Assembly: GCA_965229495.1 (NCBI GenBank)
Contig: OZ245880.1
Location: 2,357,211-2,421,210 of the forward strand
Origin: Gammaproteobacteria bacterium
Lineage (GTDB): Bacteria; Pseudomonadota; Gammaproteobacteria; CBDBNL01; G965229495
DNA: 64,000 nucleotides
Reading direction: 5' to 3'
The notes beneath the pieces were generated by a model. That model was not told where the DNA came from and did no database searches. It was given only the letters and a program-made list of their open reading frames with translations. This document shows, piece after piece, positions 27,571 through 38,200 of the stretch; positions within the stretch are counted from its first letter, which is position 1, and each line of letters starts with the position of its first letter. The translations under genes and the position numbers were made by a program.

Positions 27571-28590
27571 CCCCACCCCCTTGCCCTCAGCACGGGCGGA
27601 GCGCCGCCCAGGTGGAGCGCCGAGTTGTACTCGGCAGGAGACGCCCGCATGGGCGTCTCCCCAAAAGCACGGTGCCCTGGGAGCGCCGAGTTGTACTCGG
27701 CAGGAGGCGAGCTTGCGAGCCTCCCCACCACTCCCCGCACACAAGCAGCGAATAAAGCCAATAGCACGGTGCCCTGGGAGCGCGCCCATCTCGCTCGCCG
27801 CATAAAAAGCGCCGCAGGCCATCCATCCGCCAAATAAGCTTCTCTTAGCAGCGGAGCTAACTTGGAGCACCGACTTGCCCTCGACATCGTGGAGCGCCGC
27901 CCAGGCGGAGCGCCGAGTTGTACTCGGCAGGAGGCGAGCTTGCGAGCCTCCCCACCACTCCCCTCACACAAGCAGCGAATAAAGCCAATAGCACGGTGCC
28001 CTGGGAGCGCGCCCATCTCGCTCGCCGTATAAAAAATGAACCCGAAGGGTTCGACATTTCGGCAAATTCGCTCCTACCAGCAGCATCTACAGGTACTGAG
28101 GTAAAGCTAGGTTAAATAAACTCAAAGCACAACATACCCAAGCAGGGCAGGGCACCCCTAGCACCACGCCCACCCCACCCACCATATAAAAACCCAGCCC
28201 ACCAGCGCTCAATCCTCAAGCAAATCAGCCGACTACCAGCAGCGATTTCCTGGGAGCGCGAGCGTCTCGCCCGCTGTATAAAAGCCAGCCACCAGCGCCC
28301 AACCTCCCGCCAACCAAGCCACCTCAGCAGCGAAGCTCGCCCACGGCGGAGCGCCGAGTTGTACTCGGCAGGAGGCGAGCTTGCGAGCCTCCCCACCACT
28401 CCCCTCACACAAGCAGCGAATAAAGCCAATAGCACGGCGCCCCCTGGGAGCGCGCCCGTCTCGCTCGCCGTATAAAAAATGAACCCGAAGGGTTCGACAT
28501 CTGGGCAAATAAGCTGCTCTTAGCAGTTAATCTTGGGATTGGTGGTATCGCCAAGCCGCCCTCGCCAAGACGCAAGCCCGCTCGCCTCCC
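27571..28590. repeat. REP/BIME-like modular repeat array (cluster 2) between rlmH and the giant lipoprotein gene
   Basis: It uses the same module set as cluster 1. H2 copies lie at 27619, 27685, 27912 and 28353. The CACACAAGCAGCGAATAAAGCCAATAGCAC box occurs 3 times. GAACCC-GAA-GGGTTC hairpins lie at 28038-28052 and 28481-28495. A module of about 130 nt (28060-28190) is shared with 21730-21860. Confidence 0.85.
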
Positions 28591-28720
28591 CATCACTTAA
28601 CAAACCACAGATACCCACATACAAGCTCAGCGCGTCAATAAACCACCTTCTGCCAAACCACCTCTCCACTCTCCACTATCAACTATCAACTATCCATTAT
28701 CAATTAACAACCCCACCGCC

Positions 28721-28996
28721 CAACCCCACAAAATTACGCTATACTCACAAAACTAAAAAATTAGTTACTCAGCAACCAGGAATAAATAATAAGGCATTAT
28801 TAAATAGGCATATATCTTATCCTGTTAAGATTTTGAAAAACCTAACAATAATAAGTTTAAGCTATATTCCTTAGCCCAAAATAAAAACTCATAGATAATT
28901 AAAGCGCCACCATCACAAATAATATAAAGCTTACATATGATCAGCCACACCAGCGGCGCACTATTAACCAAAGTCAACGCCATATCAGCAGCGACC
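28721..28996 (+). promoter_or_regulatory. Conserved AT-rich non-coding leader upstream of giant lipoprotein gene 1; its paralogous copy is at 47661-47924
   Basis: The two copies of about 270 nt align with many identities and small indels, including a 2-nt indel that rules out a shared reading frame. The region is far more AT-rich than its surroundings and contains a conserved TATACT and a TTGAAAAACCTAA box. Confidence 0.5.
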
Positions 28997-29035
28997 ATCA
29001 AATCCCCGTAGTAAAACCAAGAATAAACCACACGG

Positions 29036-29112
29036 CATCGTGGAGCGCCGACTTGTAGTCGGCATCGTGGAGCGCCGACTTGCAGTCGGCAGGAGGCGAG
29101 TTCACGAGCCTC
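29036..29112. repeat. REP doublet (H2 twice plus an H3-like hairpin) in the leader of giant lipoprotein gene 1
   Basis: CATCGTGGAGCGCCGACTTGTAGTCGGC is directly followed by CATCGTGGAGCGCCGACTTGCAGTCGGC AGGAGGCGAGTTCACGAGCCTCC. The doublet is absent from the equivalent position upstream of the paralog. Confidence 0.8.
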
Positions 29113-29206
29113 CCCACCACTCCCGTCCACCCAAGCACCTCAACTTAAACCACACAACCTCATCCCCCAAAACACCAACAACTACCAGCGCCGTCCCCCA
29201 CAATCC

Positions 29207-29254
29207 ATGCCCAAACCACTCCTCCTAGCCCTCACCCTCGCCCTCGCCGCCTGC
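29207..29254 (+). other. Lipoprotein signal peptide with lipobox L-A-A-C (Cys16) and Asp at +2
   Basis: MPKPLLLALTLALAAC|DFSSG; the TGC codon is at 29252-29254 and is followed by GAC. Confidence 0.75.
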
Positions 29255-32200
29255 GACTTCTCCAGCGGAGACAGCGACACCTCGCTCTCCAGCGACGCAC
29301 CGCAGCCCAACTCAGTCAGCATCACCGAAACGTCGATCACCGACAACCAAGCCACAGTCAGTTGGAGCGCCAGCGGTCCCGAACCCGCCGAGTATTGGCG
29401 CCTGTATCAAAATAACCTCCTGGTCTGCTCGGCAAATCTCGACATCGACCTCAGCTCCTCCGACGCCAACGGCGACTACCAACAAAGCGCCACCTGCACA
29501 CTAACCCTCGAAGAAGGCGAGAACAGCGTCTACGTCCAGCTCTGCAATTTCTCCGCCAGCGGCTCCAGCACTTGCTCGGCGTCGTCGGTCAAACAAATCT
29601 TCTACGAAGCCGCCGACCCCACTCCCGGTGCCGTCTCTTGGCAAGACCTCCCCAGCAGCACCAGCGCCACCAGCATCAACGTAACCTGGCTGAAAGAGGC
29701 GGGCGGCAACGGCGACTATTGGTTCGTCTACCACAACGAAGCTGAAGCCTGCACTGGCGACCTAAGCTACACCGAAGACTACGTTGCCCAAAGCGCCGAT
29801 TGCATCGTCAATCTTGACGAAGGCGTCAACCAGCTCCAAGCCGAGCTCTGCTACGACCAACCCGCCGGCATCCAAGACCTGTGCACGCAATCCGAAGTCG
29901 CCAGCGTAACCCTGGTCCTTGACCCCGCCAAAGAATTGGCAACGCCCGTGCTCGACGCCCTCGACGATTCCGACCACTACGCCGAAGTCGACATCAACAT
30001 CAATTGGCACAAAGACACCAGCGTCGGCAGCGCCGGCGAAGATTGGTCGCTGTACCGCAACGGCGCCATCGTCTGCGAAGACCTGCTCGCCGCCGACGCC
30101 ACCAGCGCCAGTTGCACAATCCAATTAACCACAGGCGACAACACCCTGCAAATCGAGCTCTGCACCGACGTCGCCACCTATTCCGGCGCCAGTTGCACGC
30201 AATCGAACACGCTCACCGTCGCCGCCCTCGACCCCAACCCCCTCGACCCGGGAACCCCACAAATCACCAACGTCCTCCCCGCCGAAACCTTCGACAGCAC
30301 CCTGGCGTTGAATTGGTCGATCGCCAGCGGCAACGGCGTCCAGCATTGGAGCGTCGACCTGAACGGCGCCGAGCATTGCATCACCAGCAGCCCTAGCGAA
30401 TACTACGAATCCGGCTCCTGCCAACTCAACCTCGCCGTCGGTCTCAACACCATCAGCGTCAGCGGTTGCAATTATGGCTACGCCGACCGCAGCGCCTGCA
30501 GCACCAGCACCGACCTGATCCTCGAGCGCGTCTCGCTCCCGGGCAGCGCCGAGCTCACCTCCAGCTTACCCGCCACCACCTACGAAGCCGAGCACAGCCT
30601 CAGCTGGGTACGTAGCACCGGCGCCAGCGCCGAATACTGGTTCGCCAGCGTTCTAAGCGATTTTCACGACAACCAGTGTAATACCGAGCTCAGCGCGCAA
30701 ACCCCGCAGAGCGATTCCTGCACTATTGAACTCAGCAGCGGTCATAACGAAGTCTACGTCCAAACCTGCGTTTACAACCACAACCGCAGCTCCTCGTACT
30801 GCGCCGAATCCGACAGCCTATTCGCCGAGCTGCTAGCGCCGATCCCCGCCACCCCCGAGCTCAGCACCGAATCGCAAAGCATAGCCGACGACAGCATCGA
30901 GATTAGATGGAGCAAAAGCTCGGGCGCCAACGGCAGCTATTGGGGCGCTATTAACAACGGCGCCGCCACCACTTGCTCCGATCAGCCGGTGATCACCGCT
31001 GGCGACGGCCAATCGGGCTTTTGCGACCTGCCGTTGGTCGTAGGTGAGAACCTGGTCAGCGTTCGCCTCTGCGCTGATAACGTCGCCGGCACCGCCTCCT
31101 GCGCCGAATCCAGCACCATCAGCATCACCCGCCTGGTCGCGTCGCCCGAATTCACCAGCTTATCGTCGGTTGCCGCCGAAGAGAGCAGCACAGCGGTCTT
31201 CTACACCGCAGTCGTCGAAGACAACGACAGCAGCGCCGAGCAAATCAGCTTCGCCCTCAGCGGCGGCGATGATGTCGACTTCTTTCGCCTCGACAGCGCC
31301 AGCGGCGCGCTCGCCTTCCAAGCAGCAGTCGACTACGAAGCACCGCAAGACAGCGACGCCAACAACGTCTACCAACTCGACATCACAGCCACCGACGAAC
31401 TCGGTAACTCGGCGCAACTCGAGCTCGCGGTCAGCCTCAGCAATATCAACGACAACCCCCCAAGCCTCACCACCCCACCGCCAACCCTCGCCACCGCCGA
31501 GAACGACAGCAGCATCATCTACACCTTCACTGCCAGCGACCTCGACGGCGACGCTCTCAGCTACAGCCTCGACGGCGCCGACGCCCAGCACTTCACCCTC
31601 GGCGCCACCAGCGGCGCGCTGCAATTTAATAACGCCCCCGATTACGAAACACCGCTCGACGCCAACCAGGACAACGTCTACGAACTCGCCATCAGCGTCG
31701 CCGACGGCGACTATCAAAGTACCGAACAGCTCAGTATCAGCGTTAGCGATAGCAACGACGAAACCCCCCAAGCCACCAGCGCCTCCTCGATAGCGCTGGC
31801 GCTCGATAGCCTGGTCGTCGGCGCCACCGTCTACACCGTAACCGCCATTGATACCGACGCCGACGATCAAATCACCTACACCCTCGGCGGCGTTGACCAG
31901 CAACACTTCGTCCTCGGCGCCAGCAGCGGCGAACTCGCCTTCAGCCAACTACCGTCGAGCATCGACAATCCGCAGGACGCCGACGGCGACAATATCTACG
32001 AAATCCTAATAACCCTCACCGACCTCGGCGCCAACTCCAGCGATCTCAACCTCAGCGTCAGCGTCGTCGCCATTATCGGCAATGCCCCCGAATTTGCCCA
32101 AGCCACAGCCAGCGTCGACTTCGACGAAAACGCCGTCGGCACCGTCTACACCGCCGTCGCCACCGACGCCGACGGCGACGCCCTCACCTACAGCATCAGC

Positions 32201-35200
32201 GGCGACGACGCCGAGCACTTCGCCATCGACGCCACCAGCGGCGTCCTCGAATTCAACTCAGCCCCCGACCACGAGCAACCCACCGACAGCGGCTTCGACA
32301 ACGTCTACAACCTCATCATCGCCGCCGAAGACCCCCTCGGCAACCAGGCGCAGCAAAGCCTAACAGTATCGGTCAACGATCTCAACGACAACCCCCCACA
32401 ATTCGCTTCCAGCACAGCAGCACTCGACGCCAGCGAAAACACCACCACCATCACCACCATCACCGCCACCGACGCCGACAGCGCCGCCGAACACTCCACC
32501 CTCACTTACAGCCTCAACAGCGGCAGCGACCTCAGCCTCTTCACCATCGACCCCACCAGCGGCGCCCTCAGCTTCAATCAAGCCCCCGACTACGAATCCC
32601 CCCAAGACGCCAACACCGATAACACCTACGAACTCAGCATTACAGCCACCGACAGCCTCTACACCGCCAGCCAAGAACTCACCGTCACAATAACCGACGT
32701 CAACGAAGCCCCCAGCTTCACCGAGACCAGCGTCGCCCTCGCTACCGCCGAAAACAATAGCAGCTTCATTTACACAGTCGACGCCGCCATCGACCCCGAC
32801 CAAGACCAAACACTCTCCTACCAACTCAGCGGCGACGACCAATCAGCCTTCACCCTCGACCCCGCCACCCGCGCCCTCGCCTTCATCACCACCCCCAACT
32901 ACGAAAGCGCCAAAGACCAGGACACCGACAACACCTACCAAATCACCATCACCGCCACCGATGGCGAATACAGCGCCAGCCAAAGCATCGTCATCGCCGT
33001 TAGCGACTACAACGACGAAGCCCCGCAATTCACCAGCTCCAATGTGCAGGCAGTCGACTACACCACAGTCCAAGTCGGCGACATCATCTACACCGCGCAA
33101 GCCACCGACGCCGACGCTGGCGACCAAATCACCTACGCCCTCGGCGGCGCCGATGGCGGCTACTTCACCTTCGATAGCAGCAGCGGCGCGCTCGCCTTCT
33201 ATTACTTGCCGGCATTAGAGGATTTCCCCGAGGGCGGCGGCATCGCTTACGACCTCGCCATCACTGCCACCGACCTCGCCGACAATAAAACCACACTCGA
33301 CCTGGTCGTCAATTTGCTCGACGACACTGGCAGCCCCCCCGAATTCGCCTCAGCCAGCGTCAGCATTGATGTCGACGAAAACAGCCCTGACACTATCTAC
33401 ACCGCGCAAGCCACCGACGTCGACGCGGGCGATACCCTCAGCTACAGCATCTCTGGCACCGATCGCCAACTGTTCAGCATCGACTCCACCAGCGGCGCGC
33501 TCGCCTTCGTCACCCCACCCAATTTCGAGCAACCCACCGACGCCGACGCTGACAACGAGTACCACCTGATCATCACTGCCACCGATTCCCCAGTCGGCAA
33601 CCAAGCCCAGCAAAGCCTCGCCATCACCGTTAACAACATCAACGACAACTCACCGCAATTCGCCCTCAGCAGCACTACCTTCGCCATCCCCGAAAACAGC
33701 ACCGCCATCACCACCATCGCCGCCACTGACGCCGACGCCGACGACCTCACATTCTCCCTAACAAACAGCACCGACTCCTCCCTCTTCACCCTCGACCCCA
33801 CCAACGGCACCCTAAGCTTCACCCAAGCCCCCGACTTTGAGACCCCTCAAGACGCCAACACCGACAACACCTACGAGCTCGAACTCAGCGTCTTCGACGG
33901 CGCCAACACCATCAGCCAAGCCATCACCATCACAGTAAGCAATATCGACGAAGCCCCGAGCTTCGCCGTCACCAGCCAAGACCTATCGATCAACGAAAAC
34001 AGCAACGGCAGCGTCTACCAGGCGCAAGCCACTGACCCCGAGGACGCCCCGCTCGCCTACAGCGCCAGCGGCACCGACGCCGCGCTCTTCACCTTAGATA
34101 GCACCAGCGGCGACCTCGCCTTCATCATCCCACCCAACTTCGAGCAACCAACCGACCAAAACACCGACAACATCTACAACCTCACCCTCACCGCCTCCGA
34201 CGGCGTCAACCAAACCAGCCAAGACCTCGCCATAACAGTCGCCGACGTCAACGAAGCCCCCACCTTCGCCAGCGCCAGCGTCGAGACCAGCAGCGTCGAG
34301 AACAACGCCAACTTTGCCTATAGCGTCGCCGCCGCCAGCGATGTCGACCAGGACCCGCTGACCTACTACCTCGATGGCGCCGATAGCACCGCCTTCGACT
34401 TCGACGCCGGCACTCGCGTCCTGCGCTTCGCCGCCAATCCCGACTATGAAAACCCCGCCGACCAGGACGGCGATAACCTTTACCAATTCAGCGTCGTCGC
34501 TTCCGATGGTGCTCTCGAAGCCAGCCAAGCCATCACCATCACCGTCGTCGACCTCAACGACGAAGCCCCGCAATTCACCAGCCCGAACTCGCAGACAGTC
34601 AACTACACCAGCGCCCAAGTCGGCGCCGTCATCTACACCGCCACCGCCACCGACGCTGATGCCAACGACCAAATCGCCTACGCCCTCAGCGGCGCCGACG
34701 CCAGCGCCTTCAGCTTTAGCACCACCAGCGGCGCGCTCGCCTTCGCCCAATTACCCAGCCTCACCGAGTTGCAAAGCGCTGGCGGCAGCATCGTTTACCA
34801 GTTGACCATCGTCGCCACCGACCTCGGCGCCAACAGCAGCGAGCTCGCCCTCAGCGTCAGCCTGCTCGACGACACTGGCAGCCCCCCCGAATTCGCCCAA
34901 GCCAGCGCCAGCATCGCCGTCGACGAGAACATTGACACCACCATTTACACAGCGCAAGCCACCGACGCCGACGGCGACGCCCTCAGCTACAGCCTCGCCG
35001 GCACCGACGCCCAGCACTTCACCCTCGACGCCACCAGTGGCGCGCTCGCCTTCGTCACCCCACCCAATTTCGAGCAACCAACAGACGCCGACGCTGACAA
35101 CGAGTACCACCTGATCATCACTGCCACCGATTCCCCAGTCGGCAACCAAGCGCAGCAAAGCCTCGCAGTTAGCGTCAACAATCTCAACGACAACGCACCG

Positions 35201-38200
35201 CAATTCAACCTGGCGTCCGATGCCTTCAGCGTTAATGAAAACAGCACCGCCGTCGCCACCATCGCAGCCAGCGACCCTGATGGCGACGATCTGACTCTTG
35301 CCTTGATAGCCAGCACCGATTCCAACTACTTCACCCTCGACCCCACCAGCGGCGCGCTCGCCTTCACCTCTGCCCCCGACTTCGAAAACCCCGCTGACGA
35401 CAACACCGACAACACCTACGAACTCACCCTCAGCGTCTTCGACGGCGTCACCACCATCAGCCAAGCCATCACCGTCGCCGTCGCCAATATCAACGAAGCC
35501 CCGAGCTTCGCCGCCGCCAGCCAAGACCTATCGCTCAGCGAAAACAGCATCGGCAGCATCTACCAGGCGCAAGCCACCGACCCCGAGGGCGCCAGCCTCA
35601 CCTACAGCGCCAGCGGCACCGACGCCAGCTTGTTCACCTTAGATAGCAGCAGCGGCGACCTCGCCTTCAAGACCGAACCCAACTTCGAGAACCCGCTCGA
35701 CCAAGACAGCAACAACGTCTACGAACTCAGCATCACCGCCGCCGACGGCGCCAACCAGACCAGCCAAGGCATCACCGTAACAGTCGCCGACATCAACGAA
35801 GCTCCGATCTTTACCAACACCAGCGTCAACCTCGACACCGCCGAAAACGATAGCAGCTTCACCCACGTAGTCGACGCCGCCGACGACCCGGACCAAGGCG
35901 AAACACTCACCTACCAACTCGGCGGCGACGACGCAGCCGCTTTCGACTTCGACGCTGCCACCCGCGCCCTCAGCTTCAAGGCAACCCCCGACTACGAATC
36001 GCCCCAAGACCAAAACTCCGACAACACCTACCGACTAACCATCACCGCCGCCGATAGCCAATATTCCACCGCCCAAACCATCACCATCGCCGTCGCCGAC
36101 CTCAACGACGAAGCCCCGCAATTCACCAGCCTGAGCTCACAATCAGTCAGCTACACCACAGCCAAAGTCGGCGACATCATCTACACCGCCCAAGCCACCG
36201 ATTCGGACGCTGGCGACCAAGTAAGCTACACTCTCGGCGGCACCGACTCCAGCGACTTTACTTTCAACGCTACCAGCGGCGAACTCGCCTTCGCCCAATT
36301 ACCCGACCTGACCGAGTTCCAAAGCGCTGGCGCTGGCGGCATAGCCTACGCTCTGACCATCACCGCCACCGACCTCGCCAACAATAGCAGTGCCCTCGAT
36401 CTCACCATCAACCTGGTCGACGACACTGGCAGCGCCCCCGAATTTACCCAGGCCAGCGCCAATATCAGCGTTGACGAAAACGTTGTTGGCGTTATCTATC
36501 AAGCCGTAGCCAGCGATGCCGACAGCGATCCAGTGGCCTATAGCCTCGAAGGCAGCGATGCTGCTGCCTTCACCATCGACTCCAGCAGCGGCGAGCTCAG
36601 CTTCGGCTCACCCCCAGACCACGAACTACCAGCAGACGCTGGCGCTAACAACGTCTACGAATTAACCATCGTCGCCACCGATTCCCCAGTCGGCAACCAG
36701 GCGCAGCAAAGCCTCGCGGTTACCGTCAACAACCTCAACGACAACGAGCCGCAATTCGCCCTCGCCAGCAGCGCCTTTGATGTCCTTGAGAACAGCACCG
36801 CCGTTGCCACCATCGCCGCCGCCGACGCCGATGGCGACGACCTCACTTTCGCTCTAACAAACAGCACTGACGCCAGCTTCTTCAGCCTCGACCCCACCAG
36901 CGGCGTCCTCGCCTTCACCTCTGCCCCCGACTTCGAGAACCCCCAGGACAGCAACGCCGACAATACCTACGAGCTCGAGCTCAGCGTCTTCGACGGCGCC
37001 CACAGCACCAACCAAGCCATCACCGTCGCCGTCGCCAATATCGACGAAGCCCCGAGCTTCGCCGCTGCCACTCAAGACTTGTCGGTCAACGAAAACACCA
37101 GCGGCAGCATCTATACCGCCCAAGCCAGCGACCCCGAGCAAGCCGCGCTCGCCTACAGCGCCAGCGGCGCCGACGCAGGACTATTTACTATTAATAATAC
37201 CAACGGCGACCTTAGCTTCAACAGCTCACCCAACTTTGAAACCCCGCTCGACAGCGACACCAACAACGTCTACCAACTCACCATCACCGCCACCGACGGC
37301 ACCAACCAAGCCAGCCAAGCTGTAACCGTAACAGTCGCCGACGTCAACGAAGCCCCGATCTTCGCCAGCGCCAGCGTCAACCTTGATACCGACGAAAACG
37401 CCGCCAGCTTCGCGCACATAGTCGACGCCGCCGACGACGAGGATCAGGGCGAGCAGCTCACCTACCAACTCGGCGGCGACGACCAATCAGCCTTCGACTT
37501 CGACGCCACCACCCGCGCCCTAAGCTTCAAGCAAAGCCCCGACTACGAATCGCCCGCTGACCAAGACAGCAACAACGTCTACCAAATAAACATCGTAGCC
37601 TCTGATAGCGAATACGATGCCACCCAAGCCATCACTATCGCAGTCGTCGACCTCAACGACGAAGCCCCGCAATTCACCAGCGCCAGCTCCTTGGCGCTTG
37701 ACTACACCAGCGTCGCCGTCGGCACCACCGTCTACACCGCGCAAGCCACCGATGCCGACGCCAACGACCAAATTACCTACGCCCTCAGCGGCGCCGACGC
37801 CAGCGCCTTCAGCCTTGATAATGGCAGCGGCGCGCTCGCCTTCACCCAAGCGCCGAGCTTGGATTCTCCCCAAGACGCCGACGGCGATAACTTCTACCAA
37901 ATCACCATCACTGCCACCGACCTCAACGCCAATAGCACCGACCTGGCCCTAAGCGTCAACGTCGTCGACGACACTGGCAGCGCGCCGACATTCGACCAAG
38001 CCAGCGCCAGCATCGCCGTCGACGAAAACGTCGTCGGCGCTATCTACACCGCGCAAGCCACCGACGTCGACCCAGGAGACATCCTCACCTACAGCATCGC
38101 AGGCGCCGACTCCAGCCTGTTCACCATCGGCTCCTCCAATGGCGAGCTCACATTCAACACCGCCCCCGACTACGAGAACCCCGCCGACAGCGGCGCCAAT

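Noticed and set aside
28533-28874. A 113-aa + strand ORF across the conserved AT-rich leader, with its analog at 47401-47766
   Set aside because: The two copies differ by a 2-nt indel (AATAAATAATAAGGC versus AATAAATAAAGGC) plus further indels. No common reading frame is preserved, so the conservation is at the nucleotide level.
28825-29130. A 101-aa minus-strand ORF with a hydrophobic stretch in the leader of giant gene 1
   Set aside because: It runs through the REP doublet. It has no counterpart ORF of at least 60 aa in the paralogous leader (47661-48068), although that DNA is conserved there.
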